Positions 46,826 through 58,871 of a DNA stretch of 64,000 nucleotides are shown here, piece by piece. Source of the DNA: Entomortierella parvispora E1425 (taxonomy: Eukaryota > Fungi > Mortierellomycota); the NCBI GenBank assembly GCA_020891255.1, contig BQFW01000007.1, positions 496,001-560,000 on the forward strand, read 5' to 3'. A model generated the notes under the pieces. It did no database searches and was not told where the DNA came from. It saw only the letters and a program-made list of their open reading frames with translations. Each line of letters opens with the position of its first letter. Positions within the stretch are counted from its first letter, which is position 1. A program made the translations under genes and the position numbers.

Positions 46826-48761
46826 TCAAACGGTTGTTGCCATGGCATGCACCTGTCTTCCCTGAGACTCCAGTATCTCACGTGTTTTGATCAAGCTCTG
46901 TTGAGGTGCAGGCGGAACCGTTCCTACATCTTTGTAAGGCGGCAAGAACGAGGCTTGGGGACGGTGCATGATACTCTTTTTCAAAAAGATGAGCCAAAGC
47001 CAGTTCGGCATTCTCCTTCGAATAAATCGAACAAGGGCCCCTTTCAAGTTCTGTGTCATTAAAGAAAAGGAAGGAATAGGTGATCGTGAGTACAAGAAAC
47101 AACGAGTGATCGGCCTTTTCTCTTTTTTTTTCCCTCTTCTTGTTCTCTTCCTCCTTTGATAAGTTATAAGGTTGTACCTTCTTGTTGGTGGCAGCCAGCA
47201 TTTGAGATTTTTCATAGTACTCAATGGCGACAGGATATCGCTCCATATAGTACTCCTGGAAAATATTTTCAACAGCTCGCTCATCCAGCGAAGGCAGAAC
47301 GTTGATCCAGTTTGCGAGACAAAGAGCATCCTGCATGCCGGCAGTGGCCCCAACTCCTCCTGCCGGATCCAATTTGTGGCAAGCTGTAATCCACAGATCG
47401 TTCAACAACACAGCAAACAAGAGGGTTGTGGAAATGTCAATACAGACGATCGCGATTTACAATACATGGTTCTTACACGCCAGGCTCCTTACCGTCGCCA
47501 ACAAGTACTAATCGGCCAGAGTACCAGGTCTGAAAGACCTTTTCTTCCAGCGTCACTTTGGAAATGAGCTCTTTGGGTGTGAAGTCGATCAGTGTTCCAA
47601 GAGTTGACCCAGGGGGTCCGTTCGGGACCGCCAAGTCACGCACCTCATCGCACATGGCCAATGCAGCTTCTGGTCCCCATTCAGAAGTTTTGAAAGTATC
47701 ACGGTCCTTCGTTGAGGTCTTGTCAAGGTGCTTGACAACCATCCAGCAGATGGTATTGTATGCTGTAGTAAATGTAGCCCACTAGATACAAAGAATAGAG
47801 AGAACCAAAAAAAAAAAAAAAAAAAAAAACCCCCCAAGAGGATGTCAAAAAAAAATTGCAGTCATCGGTTTGATCCTCCATCCAAATCATGTTTCTTTAC
47901 CGTGAACATTTTTTCTGCGCCAACCATGATGCTCATGTCACACTTTTCCTTCTTCAGTTCTTGAAAGAGATTCACGTCCAAGAGAGCTGTCTGACCAACA
48001 AGACAAATCTTGTCATAGGGTAAGGCCGTGTCATCTGAGGATGGGAGACACCCTTGTTCCTTTAGTCGGCGGTATAGGTTTTGACGAATGGCCGAGTTTG
48101 TTCCATCACAGCCCACAAGGAGGTCGCCCTCATACTCTGAATTGTCCGAGCAAACGATTTTGACACCGTTCTCTGTGTCCTCCACGGACAGGATGCGCTT
48201 GTTGAGGAAGATCTTTTTCTTGGGAACACCTCTATAGAGGATCTCGTGGAAAGCAGGACGAGAAATGATACGTCCCTCGGCGCCTCCGCTAAACAACATT
48301 TTCGGTGAGAAGTGGTGTATCAAGACATCTCTCAAATAGAGGCATTGGTAAAAGTATAGGAACATACAAGGCCTCGCCTGGACTGAAATCGGCAATGAAG
48401 TCAAGTTTGGCGTTGTCGTCACGCATGTGCGCAAGATGATTTACGATAGATGCCTTGCAGAATTCGTCATAGATGCCCAATTGATGAAGAATAGGGGCAA
48501 CGACTGCCCCGAAGGCGAACGCGGACCCTTTCAGGAGAAACAACATGAACAGATCAGCATAGCGCATTGAAAGGGTTACAAGACTTTGTATTTTATCGCT
48601 TGTATCCTACCAAGAGGCTTGATGATGGGATTACGTTCAAAGATCATGTAGGGTACTCCAGCCTTTTCCAAAAAGAGGGCAAGGGTGAGACCGCTGACAC
48701 CTGCACCAACGATTAAGACCTTGGGACGCGTTGGTGGAGGGTTGGATGCGTGCTGCAACAT
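46826..48761 (-). CDS. FAD-dependent monooxygenase, tandem copy 3 of 4, 6 exons
   Basis: MLQHASNPPPTRPKVLIVGAGVSGL, VGCDGTNSAIR, LVGD|ACHKLDPAGGVGA. Same intron positions. Confidence 0.9.
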
Positions 48762-49001
48762 AACGGATGGTACAATAAATACAGGAAGGAAGAAAAGAAT
48801 GATGGAGGAGATGAGATGATCTCCTTCCCATCTTCCCATCTTCCCGTCTTCCTCTCATCTTGTGCTCATTGATGGTCTTCATTCAACACTGATCTGCTCT
48901 TGCTTGTTTCACGAACCTAATTCAATCATCTGGCCCTCTTCTCTTACTTCTGTGTCACCAAGTCGAACGTTTATTGCGCTGTTAGAGAGTCAAGGCAACC
49001 C

Positions 49002-50847
49002 TCAGATGGTCGTTGCTAAATCGTGCACCCCGCGTCCCTGGGCCACAAGGATCTCACGCGTTTTAATCAAACTCCGTTGAGGTGCAGGTGGAACTGTTCC
49101 CACATCCTCATACGGCGGCAAGAACGAAGCTTGAGGGCGGTGCAAGATCGCCTTTTTCAATAGCGAGGTCCAAAGCCAACCAGGCATTCTTCTTCGAATG
49201 GTTCGATACAAAGCCCCTTTCATTCCCTTAGGTAAAAAAAAAAAATCAGGACAGTGAGCCATTGGAGTGAGGTTAAGGATCGCCTCCAGCCGCTTTTTTC
49301 CTTTGGCAGAGTGCTTGCGTACCTTTCTATGGGTAGTTGCTAACATTTGAGAAGTCTCGAAGAACTGAATGGCAACGGGGTATCGCTCCAGATAGTACTC
49401 TTGGAAGGTGTTTTCAATCGATCTTTCATCCAGCGAAGGGAGGACGTTGATCCAGTTTGCGAGACAAAGAGCATCCTGCATCCCAGCGGTGGCCCCAACT
49501 CCTCCTGCTGGGTCCAACTTGTGGCAAGCTACACCCCGATCAAAAAATAACGAAGGAAAAGAACATGCTGTCAACTTTTGCGCACGATCCACAGAACCTG
49601 GAGCACTATAGATCCCTTACCATCACCAATCAACACGATTCGGCCGGAATACCAGGTCTGAAAGACCTTTTCTTCCAAAGTCACTTTAGAGATCAGTTCC
49701 TTGGGCGTGAGGTCGATCAGCGTGCCAAGAGTCGTCCCAGGGGGTCCATTTGGGATGAAAAAGCCGTGCACTTCATCGCACATGGAAGACACAGCCGTTG
49801 GTCCCCATTCTGAAGTTTTAAAGGTGTCGTGGTCCTTCACCGTAGTCTTGTCGAGGTGCTTCACTGCCATCCAGCATATAGTCTTGTGCACTGTGGTGAA
49901 CGTAGTCCACTATATACTCAGATAACATCGGGTCTGTTAGGGAAATGGAAGAAGTCATTACTACGTCCAAGCCTCTCTTTTTTCTTACCTTAAACATATT
50001 GTCCAAGTCGACCATCTGGTTCATCTCACATTTTTCTTTCTGTAGTTCTGGGTAGTCATTCACGTCCAATGGAGGTGTCTGACCAACAAGACAAATCTTG
50101 TCATAGGGCAAGGCCATATCATCCGAGGATGGTAGACGACACTCTTCCTTAAGTCGGCGATACGTGCTCTGGCGAATGGCCGAGTTTGTTCCATCACAGC
50201 CCACGACGATATCACCCTCGTACTCTGAGCCATCAGAGCAAACAATCTTGACCCTGTTTTCAATGTCATTGACGGCCAAGATTCGCTTGTTGAACAAAAT
50301 CTTTTCCTTGGGGACATGTCGATGGAGGACTTCATAGAATGCAGGACGGGAGATGATGCGTCCATCGCCACCCCCACTAAAAATAATGTTACGCGTGAGC
50401 TTAATCGCGATACACTAAGAAGAATACCTCAGACAAGCAAACATGAACTTACTAGGTCTCGGCAGGGCTAAAGTCGGATATGTAATCCAGTTGGCCATCT
50501 CCATGTCGATGGTAGGCAAAGTGGTTTATGATGGAGGCAGCGCGAAAGTCCTCGTAGATGCCCAACTGATGGAACAGAGGGGCAACCCCCGATCCAAAGG
50601 CAAAAGCGGACCCTATGAAAAAGAGTCAAGACGTCAATACCGCGTTGAGAATCGACGTGATGTGGTTTAATATTGTCTGCATCCTACCGAGCGGTTTGAT
50701 GGCAGGGCTACGTTCGAAAACCGTGTAGGGGATAGCGGCCTTCTCCAAGAGGAGGGCAAGAGTCAGGCCGCTGATACCTGCACCAGCAATCAACACCTTG
50801 GGACGAGTCGGCGGAGCTGACAGAGAAGCGCATTCGCGTTGAGACAT
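49002..50847 (-). CDS. FAD-dependent monooxygenase, tandem copy 4 of 4, 6 exons
   Basis: MSQRECASLSAPPTRPKVLIAGAGISGL, VGCDGTNSAIR, LIGD|ACHKLDPAGGVGA. Same intron positions. Confidence 0.9.
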
Positions 50848-51173
50848 TGCAGAAGGTGAGAGGGGAGAAGGGCGAGGAAGGCGGAGGAGAATGGAGGAGA
50901 AAAAGAAAACACGAATGCACAAGATGATGACACTCTTTCTCATCATCTTGTGCTCCTCCATGGGCCTCATTCCAACTCTCATCTGCTCTTGGCCTGTGCA
51001 ACGCATTCTTGGGTCTTTTTGCCAAACAAGTTTGTTCGTGTCACTTGCACGTTTCTTGTGTCATTTTGAATGCCGCATGATGGTTGGACCGGATACTACA
51101 GGTGGAGAACGGTACAAAAGTTTGCCAAAATTGTAATAGGGATGGTATTAGGTCTAGTTGAGACTATGATATT

Positions 51174-54100
51174 TTACGAGTATCCAGCAAGGTTACGGAC
51201 CGACAGCTCTGCCTTGACCATCGTCAGCTCGGCCTCTAGTGACGCGATTCGTCCCATGTTCCGGCTCTGCTCCGACATCCGTAGCCGCTTCTCCTTCTGT
51301 GCCATCAGCTCCAGCTCTCGAATCCTACTGCCTTCAGCAGCAGAGCTGTTTGGCGTGGACGGCATCGTAGGAACACCGGCCATGCCCCCTGAAGAAGGGG
51401 GTGGTGTTCCACTAGACCGTGCATACTCCAATTTCCTAACTTGATTTCGGAGCTCAGTGATCGTGTTGAAGGCCATCTCCTTCTCTTCCTCGAGAACAAC
51501 AATCCTTTCCCGTTGTTCCTCTAACTCAAGCACCAGATTCCTAAACTCGTCCGAATCCTCAAATGCGACCATGTCCTCCAACTTCTTTTCTTGGTCCACG
51601 ACCACAATTTCTAGTTCCCGCTTTGCTTGCCTCAACGACTGAAGCTCTGATCGCATCTCTAACAACTCAGACTCCAGCGCCGCGCTCTTGGCGATAGACA
51701 AGGCGTTGGTACCTTCTCCCTCGTCATCCGAGTCTCCTGGGGCCAGTACTAATAGACTTCTTGAGTCATCATCCATAGCTGTTCCAATGCTTTGTGTCTG
51801 TGATGTAGTGCCTTCCTGCTTCTTTTGCAAGGCCAGCAAGGCGGCAAGATCACCATTTTCTCCTCCAGCATCCAAGTGCTCCAGCTCTGTCAAGTTCATA
51901 ATTGAAGCCCTCTTTTCCATCAAGAACTTGTCCCTGGGGGCCACAGGATTCATCTCCAATTTCGCCAATGTCCTCTCCAGATCAACGACCTCGCCCTTGG
52001 CTGCCTTCTCCAGGGCAGCTCGCATCAGCGCGACCTTTTCCTGTTCGACCTCTAGCTCTGTTTGCAATTGTCGTACCATTGTATCCTTACGAGCCAACCT
52101 GGACTCAATCTCCTTTGGAAACTCTAGAACAGTGCCATCCGAAGACGTCTCCACTGTATACCGAGTCGCTGCCTGTTCCGGCACTGTGGCCCTGGAGTTG
52201 ACTGATTGTGAAGTCAAGATCAATTTGGTGAGGTGGTCGATTCTCTCTTTCAACGCGTTCCTGACCATGTTCATTTCCACCATCTCTTCCTCGTGCTTAA
52301 GTCGCTCCTTTTGTAACAGACTCGATAACTCTGCTTGTTGTTTGCCTCCAACTGCAGCCTTCGCTCCTGATGCATTTGCTCCAGCTGCTTCACCTGCGGC
52401 AGTCATCATAAGCTGTGCTTTCAATTCCGAGATCTCCCTTCTGTACTTCTCCAATAGCGCCTTGTCGTCCATCACTTGGTTCGTCTGGGCCTTGGTGACG
52501 ACCTTCTTCACTCGTGCTGCAAATTTGAGTGTGTTGTGCGACTCTTCCACGTTCAGGTGCGAAGGGCTGATTGTACAGATCACAGATACACGTGCACTTC
52601 CGTTCAATGAGGACTGTAAAATACGAGTCAGTTTCGAGTCTCGGTAAGGAATATGAGCCCTAATGGAGGTATCAAGAAGGTCTGGTCAGGAATAGCTTCA
52701 AATGTTGTGTCCACAAAACGATAAAGAAAAGCATCTTACCCTTTCTCCTCGGTCAGCTTGGAAATGACAGTACCCAGGGTCAAAAGCGATTTGTTGATAA
52801 ATGCGCCTTCTTTCCTCCGTTCTACATCTGTGGATGCCTTTTCTGATCCAGCCAAGTCGATCAAGTTCAACTGAGACACTCGTACTGCACTGGCAGATTT
52901 GGCTCCAAGAGGTTTACGCACAGTCGGGCTTCCTGTAGTAGCCCCTGGCGAGCGGTCTCTGCTTTCAATAACCTATACATGAGGAGCACGATGAAATGTT
53001 GTAAGTATCTTGTCCTACTATCACTACAGGTAAAAAAAAAATACATTTCGCCAAGGTTCACTCACAATCTGGAAGATAGAGTGAGATCTACTACTGTGCG
53101 CATTGAAGTCTGTAGAACTGACATGTCGCTGGTCTATGAGTCAGAAAAGGCGTTAGTAACATTGAATGAGGTAAAACGGTCAAAAAGCACTACTAAACTT
53201 GAACATACAGTCTCCACGCTCGATGATTCTCATGACTTGGCTTGGAGTTGTTACGATTTCTTCTTTCAAAGGACTGACATATACACCTCGCTAGGATACC
53301 ATGGCGTGTTAGTCATTCATGTAAATATATACAAGCAAACATTGCAGGTAGCGATCTACACTTACTCGACGGTCTTCATGGATCCTCAGGTCAATAGCCT
53401 CTGGAGAAAGTAGGTCGCGAATAGACTCGTTGTAAATTTCCAAGTAGGACACACGCAGCAGAAACTCGCGGTCAGAGTTCTGGCGAATGTACTTGAATAC
53501 ATCTTCGACAGCCCGCGGTGTGATACCCGGTTGATCCTCTGTTCCACTCTAGCAGAGTCAAAGAGAGAAAGAGAACGAGATCAGTTTTGTTTGTTTGTGG
53601 CTCCACATTCTCGGTTTGGTCTTTAACAAGACAGCACAATGCCACATACCATAGTCTACCAATTTATCAGCCAGTGCATAGCAAATAAGAAAAAAAAGGA
53701 GGGGCGACTGTTAGTCGATGGAATGTTACACGGACGCGTCGATTCGAACAAGGGACAGACGGGCCTGTTCACAACTCTCCGTCTTTTTGGTTCCCCTGGC
53801 TCCTTACGTAGGTCTTTCCAGAGGACGTTTGGCCATATGCAAACACCGTTCCTAAGGGCAAAAGAGAAGGTAAAAAAAAAAATTAAAAAAAAAATAAGGA
53901 GGCTGCGGGGTAAAAGTCTTTATGGGCCAATGTTCCCATCAAGCATGCGAAGAAGAATCCTCACCGTTGTAGCCCTCCATGGCCGACTGGACCAAGTTCT
54001 TGACGCTGGTGCCGTAAATGAGTTCGTTATCGCTTCCCGTCAATGCATGATCTATTAGAAGGTGATAAAGAGTAGAGTTGGTTAACACCATCAGCGATTG

Positions 54101-54716
54101 CCCCTTCCCGCCTCCCGCTGCACTTCTTACCATAGCCATAGTCGACCATGGCCCGTCTAGCCTGCACGGCATAGTCATCTGCATATCCGATGCGTGAGCC
54201 ATCGTCGCTCACAGCCCAGACATCTGTGGGACCTCCAGCGACTCTTAGTTCAGAGTTGCTGAAGGGCCTGATCCTGACCGTTACGGTGACATTCTCTGTT
54301 TTCTCTGTTTTTGAAGTCGAAGGTGCTGCAGAGGGGGAGGGGGTGGTTGCATGATCTTGATATTGAGCTGCATTGGCGACGGATGTGGCCAGACTAGAGT
54401 GGTCGTGGGCGGCCAGGGGTGGCAGAACAGGCATTGGAGAAGAGACAGAGATCTTGCGGATGCCGCTTGCACTCTGCTGTCCTGGAGGGGCGAGAGAGGA
54501 TGGCGTTGCTGAGGAAGGCTTGGGGATTTGTTGCTGGCGACTGGGCGAGCGGGATGAAGGGGAGGCGACGGAGGAAGAGGACGACGAAGAAGAGAAGACA
54601 GAGGTGCGCCCTGAAGGATTTGGCGACGTGGCGCGGGAGGATGAGGGCGAACGGGAGAGAGACGAGGACGAGGAGGAATGGGGAATGCCCAGTCTGTCCG
54701 CCACGGATTTGAGCAT
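51174..54716 (-). CDS. KIP2: Kinesin-7 (Kip2/KipA/CENP-E-like) motor with Ser-rich N-terminal extension and coiled-coil tail, multi-exon
   Basis: [24 protein letters not shown]|TM|[63 protein letters not shown]. Orthology to Kip2/KipA is at family level only. Confidence 0.9.
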
Positions 54717-55060
54717 GGTGGAATGGATCAGGTGAATGGACGGCAGGTAGGAAGGAAGAATGGAGAAGAGAGGAGGAGAGGAGGGAGGGGAGGGGAAGGG
54801 ATTGAGAGAATAGAGATTGGATCAGAGCGAGGAATGAAAGGAAGGAAGGAAGGAAGGATCAAGAAAGAGAGGAGAGAGAAAAGAAGCAAAACGAAGGAGG
54901 TCAAGGAAGTGAAGTGAAGGAAGTGAAGGAAGCAAGTGAAGGAAGCAAAGACGACAAAGAAAAGAGAACGGTCCTTTCTCTCTTTCTCTCTTTCTCATTC
55001 TTCTTTGTCCCCGTCTTTGTCTTCTTCCTGCATGCTGATCTAATTGATCTGATCCTGCCC

Positions 55061-56715
55061 ATGCTCCCCCGGATCCATCGTCTCTGCTTGTTCATCACTG
55101 CATTCATCCTCGGTGTTGCCACATGCCTCATCTATGAGCGAGCCATGCATCCTCGGCAGAGTGCAAGTACAACCATCGCCCGGGCTGCCACCTCCATGCC
55201 AGCAACCATGCCTTTGTCTCCGTCGTCATTGCCCCTTCAACCTCGTTCTCCAGACCTTCAATCTAATCAGTCCACTACTGCCAGGGTCAATGCGGCCTTT
55301 GTCGTGCTTTTGCGGAACAAAGACATGCACGACATGCGCAAGACGATGCGCATGCTCGAGTCAACCTTCAACCACCGATACAACTACCCTTATGTCTTTC
55401 TGAACGACGTGCCCTTCACTGAGCATTTCAAGACTCATATTCAGGCCATGACTAAAGCCCCCTGCCAATTCGGTACATTCATCCTTGCAGCTTTGCCAAA
55501 CAAGTTCAGGCTCTCATTCAACGTCGCAGTCAAAAAACTGACTTTTTTTCATCTGTTTAGGTCTGATCCCCATAGAGCATTGGAGCTACCCGGATTTTGT
55601 CAACCAGACTCAGGCGGCTATCAGCCGCAAGGATATGGAGGACCGCAACGTGCCTTACGGCGACAGCGAGTCCTACCGCCACATGTGCCGGTGAGTGCCT
55701 CCTTGATTTCAACGTGTGCCTTTCGCGTCGCGTACGCGAGCGGGCCCCCTGCCTGACTGGCTGACGTTTGACTGGCCAGCAGCTTGACTGGCTAGCAGCT
55801 TGACTAACATTCCTATCATGTCGGGTTCAGGTACGAGTCTGGCTTCATCTTTCATCATCCTCTTGTCAAGCCATTTGACTACTACTGGCGGGTCGAACCC
55901 GGTGTAGCCTACTCCTGTGATCTGGATTTCGACCCCTTTGCGGTAATGAAAGCCAAAAAGATCAAATACGGTGAGTTCTCTCTTGCTTACTTCAGATTAT
56001 CAACCTTTGTCGCATTGCCTCTTTCATGCGCTGACATTACAACTGTCCCTCTATCAAATGGCATCCTTTGTCAAAGGATTCACAATTGCTCTACCAGAGT
56101 ATGTCGAGACGATTCCCACGCTCTGGGAAACTGTTAAGCGATTCCGGAAAGAGTACCCCCAGCATCTTTCCAAACGCAACTCTCTCGAATGGATCAGCTA
56201 TGACAAAGGGGACACATACAACAACTGTCACTTTTGGTACGTACAATTCTCACCCTTGCATCATTTCCGCTATTCTCAGTGAACTAACGACATTTTTTAT
56301 GGGAGATGATAGGTCCAATTTTGAGATTGTAGACTTGTCATTCTTTAGATCCCAGGCGTACACGGACTACTTTCAGCTGCTGGATCAGACTGGGGGGTTC
56401 TTTTACGAGCGATGGGGAGATGCGCCTGTACATTCGATTGCTGCCGCTTTATTGCTGGATCGCAAAGAGATACATTTCTTCAACGAGATTGGCTACAGGC
56501 ACGGGATTTATGAACACTGCCCAGAGAGCTCGGCTTTGCAACTCAAGTGCGCGTGTGATCCCAAAGACAATGTTGGTGAGTTTAGCTTCTGTACATGTTC
56601 CGCAAAAAAAACTTGCAGCTGTAGTTGAGGAATAGTGCTCTAACTTGCCTATGTTTGCTGCCTGTTGTTAGACTGGGTGCAGTTCTCTTGTCTGCGCAGA
56701 TTTCTTGAGACATAG
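55061..56715 (+). CDS. Glycosyltransferase family 15 alpha-1,2-mannosyltransferase (Kre2/Ktr-like), type II membrane protein, multi-exon
   Basis: N-terminal transmembrane helix; [10 protein letters not shown]; [14 protein letters not shown]; [17 protein letters not shown]; YYWRVEP; YNNCHFW|SNFEI; [17 protein letters not shown]. Confidence 0.93.
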
Positions 56716-57049
56716 ATGAGTTTAGAGTAAGCGTGGCTTGAATATAGCAAAGCATCGAAGGCTGAACAGGAGAACCGACAGAGAGACACGAGGCAGGGAA
56801 GGATGGCGCAGGCTTTGATCGAGCTATTTGTGAAGAACAGTGGACAGTGCGTGGTGCCGCGCAACTCGTTCGCTCTCTCGGCCAGTCGATCACAGCGCTC
56901 CCCCCACGCGCACTCGTAATTTTTCCTTTTCTGTCTCTCAAATGTCCACTTTTTTTCCCTCTCTCTTTCTTCTGTCTTTTACTATCCTCCTCCTCCTCCG
57001 ACCTTCTCTTCTTTCGTCCTCATCCATTCATCCTTCCACATCGCCCACC

Positions 57050-58647
57050 ATGTCGCGCCAGCAGATTCTCACCTTTGCCTCCTCCAGACTCAATCGGCTG
57101 CCTCTCAGTGTCGGGCATCGGTAAATGGATGTTTCCTTCCCATGGGTGGGCCGCAACAGGGTGGGGGACCGAATATGCAATGTGACCCCGTACCAACATC
57201 GCAGCGCGCCCATTTCCCCCCTTTTCTTTCCTTTTAGCGGCGCATCCGAACAATGGCCCGAAAACTCAATCATCTCGATGGCTCAGGCTATTAAAGATGG
57301 AGCTGATGGACTTGAAGGAGGTGTGTTACCATTGTCGCATCATTCTTGTACCTGCGCCCGCATGAACCATTACCCGGAGACACTCATTTATTTTCAATTG
57401 TTCTTTAGACCTCCATCTCACTGCAGATGGCGAGATCATTGTAATGCATGATCCTTCATTAGACAGGACAACCAATGGCACAGGTCTGATCAAGGACCGA
57501 CCCTGGCATGGATACATTGACGGACTCCAGTCCAAGAAGGAACCTCATGTGGGTGTCCCCCGCTGTGTGGATGTGCTGGCGTTTCTGGCCCAGGAGGGCA
57601 ACGAAAAAGTCTGGTGGAACATTGATATCAAGGTGAGGCAGCTGTGCGTGTCAATTCGGATATGAGGTCAACAATACGATCCCGCAGGATTCTCGGGATT
57701 CTTTCTGGACTGAATGGCATTGATCCGCCATGGCATGGCACAGGAAGAGATCATGATGACAGCATGATGACAGCCTGTTACAGCACGACACCAGACACTC
57801 CTGTAGTCAGAGGCGCCAGAGAGAGAAGTGCATAGGGGGCCGGGCTAAGAAAGAGCGCTATCGGCGCCTTAGTGTGCGTTAGATCAACAAGGGGTGGCCA
57901 AGGAGATATGTTCTTTGGCACATGTGAATCCGAAATTTACTGGACCCTGTGTTTGAAAGAGCGCACAAGCAAAAGAAAAAGAACCCATTTTCGGAATTTG
58001 TGTCCAAAGTGCTAATCCCTAAATGGATGGCAATCCTCCTTCTCTCCTCGTTTTTTTTATAGATGGACAACTCGCCGTCGCTCCTCTTCTCCAAGTTTGC
58101 GGCTCTTTTGAAGGAAAACTTCCCGGGCCGTGATTTCTCGTCCCAGATCGTGTTGGGACTTTGGCACCCAAAGTTCCTTCCTGCAGCTGACAAGTACCTC
58201 CCCAAATTCAGTCGTGTCCACATTGGCTTTAGTCTGTCCGTTGCGCGTGAGCATTTCCCTCCCGACACTGTGGATGGCTACTCTATCAACTTTATGGTCC
58301 TTTCCACCAAGGAGGGACGCTTGTTTATCAAGGAGATGCAGGCTGCTGGAAAACAACTCTTGACCTGGACCGTGAATGATCCTGTGGAGGCTCGCGAGGC
58401 CGTGAGGATGGGACTGGATTATATCATGACGGACCGGACAAAGGTCTTGGAGAATGTCCTCCGAGAGTTTGAAACTTTGGGCAAGGACGGCGTCGAGAAG
58501 AAGTACAAGGAATCTGGAGAGGTCTTTAATACCTGGTCGAGATGGTCCCGCTACACGTTCTGGAGAGGCTTGATCTGGTGCTTTTTGACTTTACGCTTCA
58601 ACCGGGCGAGCAAGCAACTGGACACCGATGTTACCCACCACAACTAG
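57050..58647 (+). CDS. Glycerophosphodiester phosphodiesterase family protein (Pgc1-like), 4 exons
   Basis: VGHR|GASEQWPENS, ADGLEG|DLHLTADGEIIVMHDPSLDRTTNG, NIDIK, LLTWTVND, GLDYIMTD. Confidence 0.9.
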
Positions 58648-58871
58648 AACGCTGTAATTTCCAATATTCTTGGGCCCATTTTCCACATCATCCTGCCACC
58701 ACATACCATTTCTCATTCATTCATAATAAACACCATATTCCAACTCTTATTTATTTCGAGAGGATATTCATTACAGCAAAAGAAGGAGAGATAGGTATAT
58801 ACCGTAGCAATGGAAAGCGACCTGACAGATGAAGTGGAGGTTTTTTTTTTTGTTTGCTTTTGGGGAAGAGT

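Noticed and set aside
36462-50847. Secondary-metabolite biosynthetic cluster (peptidase plus four monooxygenases)
   Set aside because: No NRPS, PKS, terpene synthase, RiPP precursor, transporter or cluster regulator in the window; better explained as a tandem array.
57632-58062. Intronic C/D snoRNA in the long GDPD intron (ATGATGA twice near 57753-57770)
   Set aside because: The two C-box-like words arise from a 12-nt tandem duplication, and I found no matching D box (CTGA) with a terminal stem.
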